A model generated the notes under the pieces. The model ran no database searches, had not been told where the DNA came from, and worked only from the letters and a program-made list of their open reading frames with translations. The position numbers and the translations under genes are program-made. Shown here piece by piece: positions 39,231 through 52,780 of a DNA stretch of 64,000 nucleotides. Numbering within the stretch: the stretch's first letter is position 1; each line of letters starts with the position of its first letter. This stretch comes from Sphyrna mokarran (taxonomy: Eukaryota), in NCBI GenBank assembly GCA_024679065.1, contig JAGIQG010000011.1, positions 45,012,001 through 45,076,000 on the forward strand, read 5' to 3'.

Positions 39231-42200
39231 TTGCAATCAAGCTTCCCAAATCCTTATAACTTCTTTGGTCAATGAATGGTGATAGATCTTTGTTAAGTAA
39301 ATATACATGTGAAGTATGTTACTTGTATTGTCTGTGATACACAAAAGCTTTTCATTAGAATTAGTGCATGTGGCTAAAATAGCATTGGCATGCCACACCA
39401 ATCCCTTGGCAGCAATTTCTGTTAGACAACAATAATTTAGGAAAAGCGAAGGGAATAAAAAACAAACAAAATAAATTTAAATATCTTGATTAACACAGCT
39501 AGCCTGGTATTGGCTCTACTATGCTACATTACCAACACTAGATTTTTCTGAAAGACTGAATTCTAAAGAAGGACATGGCGGCATGTCTGCAACCCACAAC
39601 CCACCCTTCCCACTCCCACCATTTCCAACAAATGTTGTTTCCTGATGTCTTCCAGCATTTTGAAGGAAAGGACAAATGTGCTATCACATTAGCTACATTT
39701 AGGTATTCAATTCTAAATCTTATCAAGGTTAAAAACAATGCACTTACACGTAAAATGACTTCACTCCATTTAAATTAGTTTGATTAAAATATGTTTCTGG
39801 ACAAAACAGATTTTAATCACAATAAAACACACTGTTTTTGCCCGGTGGCACATTAATTCAGTCCATCAATCCCTGAGCCATTTCTTCTGCATCACCCATT
39901 CTACTGATTGAATCTGCTATGTGGAATCTCTGGCGCAGACACAATATAAATGCTGGTGCCTCAAAACTGAATGTAACTTGCTAGTGATATTGTATTTTCA
40001 ATTAAAAAGGTTAAAAGAGAGACAGTATAAGCTTATAAGCCAGTTCAAATCCCAAAAATGACATTTGGCTAGATCAACAAAAACAGCTGTATTGTGATTA
40101 AAAACCCAACAGGTTCATTAATGCCATCCTTATGATGCCATTATTATCCAGCTGGACCTACATATGATTCTAGTTCAAACATTTTCCTGGACTTACAATA
40201 TCTCCAAATTTAAGAGCCAAATGCAGAAGTTTAGACCTCTGGAACAAGTGAAAAAAGCCTTGATTTAAAAAACATCTTCAATACAAAATTTGAAAATTAG
40301 AAAATCTGTTGCAAATCAGATTAAATTAATAGAAATGAGCACCCATTTAATGAATAGCAATAAATGTAAAACTTTCCAAACATATACTCTCTAAAGTTTT
40401 TAACTTGCAACAGTGCTGTTTGAATAGCAAATAACTCTCAATGAAGACGTGCATCACACTTGAGGTTTTATTTTGTACTTTACCTTGCTGAATAGCTTAT
40501 ACAAATCAGCAATATTAAAATAGTTTTAAGCACATACAATGCTTTGCTCAATTGCTGTCATCCATTCTGTACCACAATGCAGTTAGTTGAACAACTTTTC
40601 CACATTTATAATGAAAAGGTTGCCTCACTGCTCAAGAATTTAAAAAAATCAATATCCGAAATGTGTTATGGGATGATATCACTAACAAAATTATAAATTA
40701 AACAAAACCTATAAATTGAATTTCATACAGATATATATCGCACTTTTCAAGCAAACAGAAATTATGTTCTTTCAGGTGCACCATCACAAAATTTACATTG
40801 GAAAAAATAGCATGTTAAACAGTGAATAAGTTCTTTGTCACTCTCCTCCCTGATATAAAAAGAAATAAAAGAACTCAGTTTTGGGGAAACAAGTGATGAA
40901 ATCATATGTCTCATGGGAGTTTGGAAACAATGTGGGAAAATTCTGGAAACTGCCTACACACTTCCTTTCTGGGGAAGAAAAATTGTAATATTTCTGTGAC
41001 TGTTCTGAAACCACATCTACACAGCCCATTTGATACATCAACATCATCAATCATCAGCGACAGCTGGTCATATACCATAATGACTCGCAGTGAGCCTCAA
41101 ATTGGAAAATCTAACATCTGGATGTGACGATTTACTGTTTGCAATATTTTTTTCTCCAATGCATTTTTTTCTCCAATGCATTTTTTTCCTTAAACTTTGA
41201 AAACATATAGTTGGAGAGTGCAGATTCTCAACTGATCTTATTTGTCCAAGATTCATTTGTTCAAAGTGTATAACAAGATTTAATTTCCCCAACCAGTGAA
41301 TAATAATGTTCCTGAATAATTATAACATAGGTAGCCTTAGGATAGAAGCAGAAACAGGTTTATCCAAGTAGAAAGCCAAGAGTTCCTAAAAAATTAACGA
41401 AAGCATGTTGTTGATAAACTATATTGAATGTAAATATCTAGGCTACAGATTTCAGAGATAAATATAAAAAAGTTTTTAAAAGTATTTTTCATTTCATTAC
41501 AGCAGATGAATTAACAATTTATCCATACAGTTAACAACAAAGGTTTACGTATTTTATGTTTCAACTGGATATTTAGACATGTGTATTCAGGGTTAGGACT
41601 GGAGGCTACCTCAAACAACAGTGCATTGACACTGCAGTGTCTGCATACCCGTGCTGGTCACGCCATCATCAGACTTCTTTTCCAGGGGTTAACTGCTCCA
41701 GCAGCCAAATAAAATACAGAGACAAGCATGTAATTATGTAGACAGTCAAAGGGCATGCTCCATTTTGAAACCTATTTGCATGGTAAAATTTGCCCAATTT
41801 AGTACACCGGAAACAAGCAAGGAAAGGGTCTCATGTCCAATAACCTACAATCCAGATGCTTTGCACACTTTCTTTTGTGAAAGAAATATATTCACATTCA
41901 ACAACTTGATGCAGTCTTAGACAATGATATAAATAAGTTATCCTTTTAGCGGAGTTATATAGTAAACACTGATTCCCAAAAATCAAACATAAAGGAGTAT
42001 TCCATTCAGAAAACTTAATGATTGAATGGTTAATGTACTCCTGTCAGATTCCACTGCATGTTATTTTCAAGTAAGCATTTGTGGGTTAATGTCAGCATAA
42101 AAACAGCAAACAGCAACACAATACAAACCTGTTAACCATGCAGAACTGAAGCCTCACGAATAAAATTCCTAACCAGTATGTCAAAAACATTTTCTACATT

Positions 42201-43899
42201 TGTTATTCAATTATTTAAAACTTTACTGAATTTTCTTTATTGCTATTAAAAAAAATATCTATTTTATCGTAGGATTACATATATACTCAAGGACAATTGC
42301 ATGATGCTATTTCAATCCCAAGTTAGGAACTCTGCATGAACTTGCAACCAAATCACAACTTGGTTATGGAAGCTAATGTCGTAGCTGTACTAGAATAACT
42401 TGGACAAGGGCACAGCTAGTTGTGGAGCACAAGTCAGACCTACTAAGATTTTCCAGCACTTTCTGTTTTTGTTTCCAATTCCAGCATCTGCAGTACTTTG
42501 CTTTTATCTTCAGTACTAGTGCTGGAATGTTGTCACCACAGAGGGATAACCTTGCCCCACACTATATGTTCAAGTGAATTCCTTTACCGATGCTAATCTT
42601 AAACTTCCCCCTGCCACCCGGGCAGTGACACCCTCTCACTGCCAGGATATCACTGGCAGGGTGGCATTGGCATGGTGGAGCCAGGGTACTGTCCAGCCAT
42701 ATACCTGACCACTCAGGAGTTTCAAAGGCCTCCAAACACCCTGGCATGGTCATAAAGTCTATCCAAAGGAAAAAAAAAACGGTGGCCACTAGAAGGTCCT
42801 CTTTGAGGACTGCTTGGAGGGTAATTCTTCAGTTGTATCAGCTTTTTCCATGACTAAAAACAACCTCCAGTACAGGCATATTGTTTGGGCATAAGAAGGT
42901 GAAAAAGATCCATTATATTTAAAAAAACAGTCAGATTGCAGACCTAGTCTTTCTAGGAACGATATCAGATCAAAGAGAAAGCCTGTTTAAAAACCCGCTG
43001 CTAGAAACTGCAACAGTTCAACAAAGGAATCACTTCAGGCTTAATGGTGCATGAACCGATTGCATCAACAATGAACTGTTTGATCTGTCCTGGAGCTGTC
43101 AGTCAGAAAAGCTTTTAGCAACTTAGGGAACATGAGTTTCTTGTATAAACAAACCTCTTTTTGATCTGCTCTGGAGCTGTCAATCAATCCAAGATTTCTC
43201 AGAATAGCTGGAGCTCATTCAAGAAAGGGGGATCTACCTAGTGAAATTCAAATCTCCTATCAATCCAAGTGCATCAAAGAGCTATCAGAGCACCTCGGGT
43301 TTATGAGAGAAAGCAAGGGATATCTGCCTAGGGAAACTGACATTTCCTGTCAATTAAAATACTTCAAAGAAAGTACTTCTGAGAACACCTGGTGTTTTGG
43401 AAATCATCCAAGGGCAATCCCTACAATAGAATGGAGTGCTGCTGTGATTTTGAGGGATTCCAGATGTTCAGCAGTATGGACTTTAAAGTGACTAGGGCAC
43501 TTCAAAGTTTTACAGCATAGACAACAATAAAGTTTAACCAGAAAGTTGCCTAAAATCACAATCTTGAGAGTGATTTCCATGTTTCCCAGTGCAGGAAGAA
43601 AAAGCCCAGCTATGAATTCTCTGTCCCAGAGGAGAGCCCCAAGATCAATCTCTTTCCCCCAGCCTGTGCCCTCTCCCTCACCCCAAATGCCAAGTCCCTT
43701 GGGGACCCCTCTTTCTGCAGCGGCAGAGTAGCCAATGAGCATAGTTGGAGGCATCATTTACCTCCTTATCCTCCCATGGCACCTGGTATTTGCTTTCAGG
43801 ACCAGGAGAGAGTAGCGCCCACTGGACTCTAGCTTGTGGGGGTGTGTGGCAAAGCATATCGAGAAGCCAGAGCATCCTGCCTCACATTGGGCATTTAAA

Positions 43900-44092
43900 G
43901 CAGTAGTGATCTGGGTGTTCTGGTTTCCACCCACAGTGTGAAAGATGTGCTGGTTAGGTGCATTGGCCATACTAAATTCTCCCTCAGTGTAATCAGTCAG
44001 ATGCTAGAGTGTGGCAACTGGGGAATTTTCACAGTAACTTCAGTGCAATGTTACTATAAGCCAACTTGTGACAGTAATAATTAAACTTTAAA
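43900..44092 (+). mobile_element. HE1-type SINE 3' part
   Basis: GTGCTGGTTAGGTGCATTGGCCATACTAAATTCTCCCTCAGTG...ACTTTAAA. Confidence 0.8.
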
Positions 44093-44129
44093 CATTAATC
44101 AGAATCTAGAAAGCTCTGAGCGGGAACCT

Positions 44130-44905
44130 GATCAGGGCAAGTACATCGGGTTGGAGGTTCAGCGAGAATACAAATTTGATTCTTGTGCCTAATTCAACTG
44201 GACATCGAGATTTCCGGCTGGGGCTAGTAGCCTCAGAGAATCACCCCCAGGTCAGCTATGTTCTTTAGGACTTGGCCTTGTCAGTTCGTAGTGATGCTGC
44301 CAAGCCACTCTTGGGAATAGACATTGAAATTCCCCACCCAGAAAACATCTTGTGCCCTTGCAACTCTCAGTGCTTCTTCCAATAGATGTTCAACATGGAA
44401 GAGCACTGATTCATTCAGCTTTATTTTTGATGGGGAGTGGTGGGGGAGGAAGTGGTAATACCTAGGGATGGTGATATTTCTTCAATATTATCTATAAGGA
44501 ATGATTCAATGAGAATGACTATGTTATGCTGTTGCTTGACTGGTCGGTAAGATAGCAGTCTCAGTTTTGGTATGTGCTCAGATGTTAGTATGGAGGATTT
44601 TGCAGGATCAGCAGGGCTTTACCATTGTCATTTCCAGTGCCTAGGTCAACGTTGGGTGGTCTGAGTTTTATTCCTTACTGAGGTTTCTGTCGTGGTTTAA
44701 TACAACTGCATGGCTTGCTAGGCCATTTCTGAAGACAATTAAAAGTAAACCACATTGCTGTTGGTCTGCAGCCACACATGGGTTGGCCAAATCAGGTAAG
44801 GATGGCAGTTTTCCTTCCCTAAAGTACGTTAGTGAGCCAGATTGCTTCATATGGCAATGGCTTCATGGTCACCATTACTGAAACTAACTTTTAATTCCAT
44901 ATTTA
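44130..44905 (-). mobile_element. LINE 5'/endonuclease fragment, related to the 4975-6129 family
   Basis: Minus strand V.HVEH.LEEALRVARAQDV...GDFNV endonuclease-like segment at 44320-44410. Confidence 0.65.
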
Positions 44906-45252
44906 TTGTCCACTGGAGGTCTCCTAGGAGATCAGGGTGCCTGCGCAATGGCACCTCAGGCAGTCTGCAGCAACTAAACTTAGGCTACCCCACAATCACC
45001 CTGCACTTATTTCTCCTCACTATCCTCCCCCCACTTCTGTCAAAAAAGTGAGTGTCACAAGATTGTATTTTCAAACTTAGTCCAAAAAACAAACCTGAAA
45101 CTCTTTTGTTTCCTTGTTCATTCATCACTTCATAAAATCACGCCCTAATTTTTCTGTCTTTCAATGTCTCCCGTCTCCGGCAGATCTTCTTTCTAACCTT
45201 GTTCCATTCATCCCTTGCTCAAAATCTATTGTACTTCTAACTTTTCCCAGTT

Positions 45253-45315
45253 CTGATGAAAGGTCATCAATCTGAAACATCAACTCTGTTTCTTCTCCAC
45301 AGTTGCTGCCTGGCC
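45253..45315 (+). ncRNA. Degenerate minimal hammerhead-ribozyme-like motif of a Penelope-like element end
   Basis: CTGATGA (45253-45259), a decayed stem II and GAAAC (45274-45278), followed by the family arm. Confidence 0.45.
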
Positions 45316-45415
45316 ATCATCTTCATTGTTTACATCCGTTCTTTTTAGAAAGGTTTGGCTTTTATTTTGGAAAGCACACATTGATTAAAGAGCATGAACT
45401 GGATTTTATGTAGGC

Positions 45416-45567
45416 ATGCATTGGACTGGGGTAAACACACTAAGAAGTCTGACAATACCATGTTTAAGTCCAACTGATTTATTTGATAGTAAACTTTGAT
45501 AGTAAGTGAGTTTACTATCAAATAAATTGGTTGGACTTAAACCTGGTGTTGTCAGGCTTCTTACTCT
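45416..45567. mobile_element. Fold-back short element with 55-bp inverted arms and 12-bp TSD
   Basis: Arms 45441-45495 and 45509-45563. TTTTATGTAGGC duplicated at 45404-45415 and 45568-45579. Confidence 0.85.
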
Positions 45568-46139
45568 TTTTATGTAGGCGACAAGGGTTTTGCCACCAGG
45601 GATGAAAGCTGGTGGTGACTCCAAATTTGTGCACAGTAGGTAAGGGGCCATATTTTTCCAGCAGTAGCCACTGGCCATTAGGGATGGTAAAGGTGGTTGT
45701 TGGGGCTGTGTCTGGAGCACAGTACAGTAAGTACATTCACTAGATATGAAACATGTCCTTTACACACTGGAAAAAGCATAGCAGTTGCCTCTGAAAAAAA
45801 ACTGGATCACAAACTCAACATACTGTAATTTTCAATGCTTAAAGAAGCACTCAAGAAAGTCTTTTAAATCAAAATTTCTAAAAAAAATGCAATGTTTCCA
45901 GGAGTAAAAAAAGAAAATTGATTGTTCCAGACTCATATCCCACTTGGAAGGTTTTCATTATGGACCTTCAGGTGAAGAAGGAATAGTATATGCCATTAGA
46001 AATGAAGGTGAAGGACATTATGGGACCTAGGTTTACTTCTTAATCCTGAGTCGAGCTCTTTTTTCACATTTACTCAATTACTTAGATGATTACTTTCACT
46101 TCAGAATACTAATCTCCTCCAAGCATAATTTTTGATCTT

Positions 46140-46560
46140 AATGAATTGAATGAGGGACTTCAGTTATCTGGAGAACAGAGAAGCCAGGATTGTTGTCCAT
46201 AATGCTGAGAATGTTAAAAGGCATTTTAACACAGGTGTTTAAAATTGAGGGGTTTTGATAAAGTAAATGAAAAGAAATTGTTGCCATTGGCAGGAAGGCC
46301 TACAACCACAGGACCAAATTTAAAATCATTTGCACAAGACCCAGAGATTGGGAGGAGTTTTGTTTAAACACAGGGAGGTATTCTGATCTGGAATGTATTG
46401 AAAGAGCAGTGGAAGCAGATTCAATAGTAACTTTGAAAAGGAAAACCGATATATACATGAAAAAGGAACAATTTGAGGAAACAGTCAGACTAATTGGATT
46501 GCTCTTTCCTAGCACAGGCAAGATAGGCTAAATGGCCTCCTGTGTGCTGTGATTGTATAA
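46140..46560 (+). mobile_element. Old CR1 LINE 3' end
   Basis: Decayed LEKLGLFS/RGHKFK-like segments and GGCTAAATGGCCTCCT tail. Confidence 0.7.
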
Positions 46561-47685
46561 ATAAGAGTGAAGCTAATTGGTGAGTCTTCAATAAACATCT
46601 CCGTCAAATGCAGTGAATGCTTGCTCACATGGACATATGTAGAAATTACAGCACACTTAACAGGCGATTCAGCCCAACCTGGCCATGCAGTTATTTATCC
46701 AGTAGTTCTTTCAGTTAATTCCACTTCACAGGGCACAGGAATACATTTAAGATTATAAACAACCAAGGAAGTCCCAAACTACAGGAAGGATGACTGCCTA
46801 GGGGCACGCCACAGCAATAATAACAACATTCAAACACACGCAGTTGGATCATGGCAATCGTTTCCCTCCTTTTAGCCTTAACAGGAAGGTGGTTCAACAC
46901 CATTTTATTTTAATGTAAAGGATATTTAATAAATGTACAAGAGAGTGATTTTATTCCATAAAAGACAAAAGAGAGAGTAAAAAGGGAAAGTATTCTTGTC
47001 ACTGAGAATGAATAGTTTGACATATTTACAGAGTATGACCATATTCTGTAAATCAAGTTATTCTTCATTAAACCTCAGCAAAAATAATCCAACTTTACTG
47101 CAAAATGTTTTCACAATGTTACGTAACATTTTTTGCTAGAATCAATTCCACTCACAAGCTGCAGACTTCACTTGTTAATATGCATTTTTTCAAATCCTTC
47201 TTCATTTCCTCAGTTATTCAATTATGCATCAAGTTAAATAGACTAAAGCAAATTTAATATTCAGACAAATTTAGTTTACAATTAAAACAGAGGTATAACA
47301 GTTTACAATGTGTAACATTCTTTTATGTTACATATTTTTGTTTTTTTAAAACATTGTGATTTCTTTTCAACACAGCTAAAATTAGATCAGGTGTTGTAGG
47401 TTAAAAAAAGAGATTAGGAAATAAAGAAGAAAAATTGAACAAATATTCTTCTATGTCTTTTAAAAAAAAGAGCCTGTTGCAGATATTCATTTATAAATGA
47501 TATTTTTGCTCCTTATCTATTATTTTGGGCCTTAACACTCCTGCTAAACAATTCTACAGAGATAAACATCAGAAGCCTTCAACCTTGCCTGCGGCTTGGA
47601 TTCTCCAATCCTGCTCCAGTGAATGGAGTTTTGGCTAAGCGCCAAATTCTTTGTTCACAATAGCAGCAATGGCAGGGTGAATGAG

Positions 47686-47861
47686 GTAGAGATGCCGGCG
47701 TTGGACTGGGATAAACACAGTAAGAAGTCTGACAACACCAGGTTTAAGTCCAACTGATTTATTTGGTAGTAAACCTGACGAAGAGCACAGCCTCAAAAGC
47801 TTGTGAGTTTACTATCAAATAACTCAGTTGGACTTAAACCTGGTGTTGTCAGATTTCTTAC
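47686..47861. mobile_element. Fold-back short element with hammerhead-like loop, nested in a MITE (47593-47888)
   Basis: Same arms as 45416-45567. Loop CTGACGA-AGAGCACAGCCTC-AAAAGCTT. TSD AGGGTGAATGAG / AGGATGAATGAG. Confidence 0.85.
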
Positions 47862-48464
47862 AGGATGAATGAGATCAGAGAATCCCGCAAAAGATTCCAT
47901 GTGTAACTTAAAGTGTTAATAATAATCACGTGTTTAAAAATCACACAAGCTGTTATGAAAAATAAAGGTCTTCTAAGACCCTTCACAGATAGGCACTAAG
48001 GCCATTAGTCTGGGCAAAATTCATTAAATCAGATATCTGTAACTAGAAAAAGGGAATAATCTACAGATGCAGGAACATGTTGGACTATGATGAAAACAAT
48101 CATACTGATTTGATACTATAATAAAGCAAGCATAAAGTGATAATGATTGGTATATGCTAATTACTTGTAATTGAGTTTGAAAACTAATTGTTTATGTATC
48201 TCGGAAATAGATACTCTGGCTAGCTACAGAATGTGAGCTGTAGCTTTCCAGCATCCTTGCTATAGTTTGCAATTAAAACAGCTGTTTAAAAGAACTCCGT
48301 GACTTGCTCTGGTTACTTGATGGGTCAAGTTGTGAATTAAAAGGCTGACATCAAAGCCTGCAACATCATTTGTTCCTAACTTGGTTCCACTCCTTTGGAC
48401 CAACATAGCAGACAATGCAGAGCTGCATAAACCAAGAAAAATCACTAAGATAAAAGCTAATTAT

Positions 48465-48790
48465 TGTGGATGCTGAAATCTGGAACAAAAACAGAAAATG
48501 CTGAAAAATCTTAACAGGTCTGACAATATCTGTGGAGAGGAAACAGAGCTAATGGGTGGGATTTTACGGTCTTGCTCGAGTGAGACCAGAAATTTCTACC
48601 TGAGATCAACCAACATTTTTGTTTCCTGTCCCTCCCCACTCCCATTTCATGGCAGGTGAGGCAACAGACTTCTGGTGAACATTTCAAATCTGATGGTTAA
48701 GAGTCACCCCGACTTGAAACATTAGTACTGTTCTCTCTTCACAGATGCTGTCAGAACTGATGAGATTTTAGAGCATTTTCTGATTTTGTA
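48465..48790. repeat. Palindromic Penelope-like-derived element with internal MITE (48554-48677)
   Basis: Arms 48486-48553 and 48716-48789 are imperfectly reverse-complementary. The insert starts GGGTGGGATTTTAC. Confidence 0.75.
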
Positions 48791-50002
48791 CAACAAAAAT
48801 CACTACCAGCTGAACAGTTCACTAGCCAGTAACAGCTCTGTACTGCTCTAAATGACACAATATTATGTACATGTTAACATCCAGGTTTTAGATGACAATG
48901 TAAACAACATAAGTCAAAACATAGCCCTCATTAAAATACATTGCAATTATTAAAATCTGTTCTATTGAAGATGATAGTGTTGATTCATTCAAATGCAAAT
49001 TAAATACATTTCTTTTAGAAAATAATATTTTGGCAGAGAGTATTTGAGTAATTTGAAACACGACATGTGGTTAAATGTCGGATCCTTTGGAGTAACAGGT
49101 GGTTCCTACAGTTCCCCATCTGTAGGAGCATTCCTCACCTCAAGTCTTGGTTTCTTATAGATTAATGAATAGAAATTGACTTCATAAATTGATTATTATC
49201 CATATCACGCAATTCCCAAAATGGAGGGCAGCAAACTGGAAGGAGAGGAGCTGGGTTTTATTTCATTTAAGAATTTCTATGTTTCAATGAAATCTACTTC
49301 TCACTCCCAGAATCCTTTAAATATTGCTGTTTAATAGTTTGAATCATTATTATTACATTTATTATGCTGACCGACTATATGGCTTTCGACTGGGAACTGA
49401 ATTACATCCGAATACCTACAATTAATTCCACTTTGTAACCCTACTTTATCTGAAAACTGCAGTCGATTCTGATGCTCCATGTGAAACGCCAAAGGAGATC
49501 AACTAATGATATTAATTTAATATATTTAACTATGATGCTGATCTAATCTTTAGCTGTGGATCACAAAATCGTTCATCCATAACAAGAAGCAATTTTTGAC
49601 TGTCAGAGCTTTTTGACTGATCAGTTTAAGGGATAAATTTGTTCGTTTAAGAACTTCCCCTTTATTCCAGATGATTTAAATCAAATGTTTAATTCTGTAA
49701 CTGGGTACCTTAACAATTATGTTACAATGAGGAGCAAATCCCTTGGTGTGTTTATTTGGCGGTCTGTGCCTGGGATTAGTTAATGGTATGCTTTCAGACT
49801 TTGATAATGGGTAGCAGTCAAAATGAAATCTTTTTCCAGTGGGATTAATTGTATGACAAATGTGTAAAAATGATATTTCAGGAGCATGTTTGTAGACTGA
49901 GAGAAAAAAAAGTGGAAGGTAAGCACCCTGGGATGCACCAGGAAAGGTACCAACATGTTCCCTCCCCTCACCTGACTATACCCGAAAGAGAGAACAAATA
50001 TT

Positions 50003-50195
50003 CGTACCTTCCCCTATCCTATCTTGGGGAGAGAGGAACAGCATCTTGTCTGACCCTACTCCAGGGAGAAAGGGTCAGTACCTTGACTGACCCGACCCCA
50101 GGGAGAGAGAGTCAGCACTTTTCCTGACCATACCCTGGGGAGAGAGGATCAAGACTTTGTCCCACCCCATCCCAGGGAGAGGGGTCAACATCTCA
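50003..50195 (+). repeat. ~37-bp minisatellite, about 5 diverged units
   Basis: Units such as CAGCATCTTGTCTGACCCTACTCCAGGGAGAAAGGGT / CAGTACCTTGACTGACCCGACCCCAGGGAGAGAGAGT / CAGCACTTTTCCTGACCATACCCTGGGGAGAGAGGAT. Confidence 0.85.
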
Positions 50196-51704
50196 GCTCC
50201 CATACTCCTAGCAACATGTCCCTTTACTGTTCTCCAGGATGAGAGATCCAGCATCTCACCTGACAACATCCCATGAAGACAAGTGGGAATGGACAGAGAT
50301 ATAATCTGGGGAATGGGATGGCATGGGGAAAAGATTTGGGAAGGGGATGACATGAATGGGGTGAAATTGTATGAGGGAGTTGACATGGGAAGAATAGAAT
50401 GACATGGGATCAGAATTTTAAAAACCATTGCAATAAAGATACTAACTCCTCTGCAAACATATTGTACGTCTTTGCTAGTTCAAATAACAAAGTAAAATAG
50501 ACTTATGAGATTTGAAAGTGTTCTGCAAGTATAGTGGTTATTTAATTATACCACCCAAAACAAGACAGATTAATTTTAAACCAGATGTTTGTAATCATTC
50601 TGATAAATTCAAACTTCAGGATACTTCAAAGGGAGGAATTTATGCAAGGGAATAAACAGCGAAGACTGTACTAAAAATCAGAGAATGTTGATTGCCTTGG
50701 GTTACTTCAAGGCAGTAACAAAATATTTCAAGCACATTTGACTGATTTTCATGATTGTTTCTTTGCATGTGTTTTTATAGAGTCATGGGGTTGGATTTTA
50801 CACTGGGGTGCAGTGGTCACATACAAATGTGTAAGATCTGGGTACTGGCTGCTTCCAGTTGGTGGGCTCACCCCACTGCCATTTAATGGCTGACTGGACA
50901 TTAAGTGGCTTGAGGCAGCATAAATGGCTTCGTAGCTCAAAGTGGGACTTCCTCCTTCGGCAACAGGAAGCTCACTTTAATTCAAGCCAGCAGTTTTAGC
51001 ACTATACTGGCAGTGCCTTCAGGAGCAATGGCCATTGCACGTACTGCACTGAGGCCTGCATGAAGACCCCAGTAAAGGGACCCTAGATAGACATCAAGGG
51101 GGTGGGGGGGGGGGGGGTAACAGGAAATTGTCCCATTAGGCACATGAGGGCATCCCCTTTCCCACCTTCAGCCAGCAGACAGAATGGCATGGACAGTTTC
51201 CATGAATGGTTACATCCCAGCAACAGTGGGATGAGGCCCTTACATGACCAGTAATTGGTCAGATAAATGCTGGAATTGGCCCTTTCCCACTGCTCTCCAC
51301 CACTGGTAAATTGCTGCAGGGTCTGGCAGTAGGCAGCAGTCAAAGTGCCCATGGCATTTTACACCCCCCCGCCACCCGCAACTAATCCCAGCTGCCAACC
51401 ATCATTAGGAGTCCATGAATCCAATCCATAGAGGAGTTATCACAGCACAGGAGACCATTCAACCTATCGAGTCTATGCTTGTTCACCATAGAACATTTCA
51501 TACAGTCTCGTTCCCCACTTTCTCTCCATATGCCTGCAACTTTCCTTCGAATGCTAATTTTCCTTTCAAACTACTGATCATATCTGTTCCAGAATCTTGA
51601 AAGCAGTAAGTTAGGTATCATTATTATACATGTTGTGTTTCTAAAAAAGTTCTTCCTTTCATGCCTCCTGCATCTTTTGCCCAAAACTTTGTACTATCAA
51701 TTAA

Positions 51705-51942
51705 TTAATTTATTTATTAGTGTCACAGAAGGTTTACATTAACATTGCAATGAAGTTACTGTGAAAATCATCTAGTCCCCACACTCCGGTGCTTGTGGGA
51801 GGAAATTGGAGCAGCTAGAGGAAATCCAGATAGACATGGGGAAAATGTGCAAATGCTGAACAGAGAGTGACCCAAGCTGGGAATCGAACCCAGGACACTG
51901 ACATTGTGAGGCAGCAGTGCTAACCACTGTACCACCATGCGG
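51705..51942 (-). mobile_element. HE1-type SINE inside an old minus-strand CR1 fragment (~51425-52340)
   Basis: GGGAATCGAACCCAGG B box and GGCAGCAGTGCTAACCACTG head. Confidence 0.85.
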
Positions 51943-52470
51943 CACTTATGGGAGCAGTTTTTTTTGTCTACCTCATTTATTTCTGTTATTAACTGCACGC
52001 CTCAATCAAATAAATTTTCCTTCAATTTTCTTTACTGCATGTAAAGCTTCTTGAGCCTATCCATGTGTTAAAATCCCTCATCCTGAGAACTTTGCTGGTA
52101 AATCTTTTCTGCAATTGTCTCAGGGATCTTCACATTCTCCATAAAGTGTAGTGGCCAGAGTGATACGCAAATATGGCCTAATAGAGGCTTTCTAAAGATT
52201 CGAAGTCCAAGATCACACTTGTTTTGCTAGCCAATTTCAAAGATCTATGCACTTCCAGTTCCAGAACCCACCGTCTCCATGCACAGAACATCTCTCCTCA
52301 CCTCACACTTCTCCGCATTAAATTCCGTTTTGCACTTGTTGAAAAATGTGTTATAATTAAACCAGAAGCATATGAATAGCTGAACATTTTACCATCCCAA
52401 GCAATCTCTTTCACTTTAAGCATTTCTTATTAAGTAACACTTAATCACTGTGTCTTCTTATTATATTTTT

Positions 52471-52780
52471 ACAGCTCAGTGACTATCGCTGTGCTGTGCA
52501 GATACATGGGTTTGGGCCTGTGTCTGTGGGAGTTTGCGCATTCTCCCTATGCTTTCGTGAGTTTTCTCCGGGTGCTCCAGTTTCCTCCCACATCCCAAAG
52601 GTGTGCTCTTAGGCTAACTGGCAAAACAAATTCTCCCTAAATTGTCTCAAATTTGGTTTTTAATCCATAGATCTATAAACATAGACAGGGATCGCAGGTA
52701 GAGGTGGGAACATCAGGGTGGCGGCACGGGCTCGTTGGGCCGAAGGGCCTGTTTCCCATGCTGTTTTGTCCTTTGTTCTA
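52471..52780 (+). mobile_element. 5'-truncated copy of the chimeric CR1 3' UTR
   Basis: Closely similar to 57973-58275. Confidence 0.85.

Noticed and set aside
39575-39778. ORF starting MAACLQ as METAP1D exon 1
   Set aside because: Wrong strand (plus) and no similarity beyond MAA.
41144-41188. Short tandem duplication of TTTTTTTCTCCAATGCA
   Set aside because: Two copies only; ordinary slippage.
45441-45563. Pre-miRNA hairpin
   Set aside because: The hairpin is explained by a dispersed fold-back element with a TSD, and there is no small-RNA evidence.
50003-50195. CRISPR-like periodicity (37 bp)
   Set aside because: Contiguous diverged tandem units without unique spacers, no cas genes, vertebrate context.
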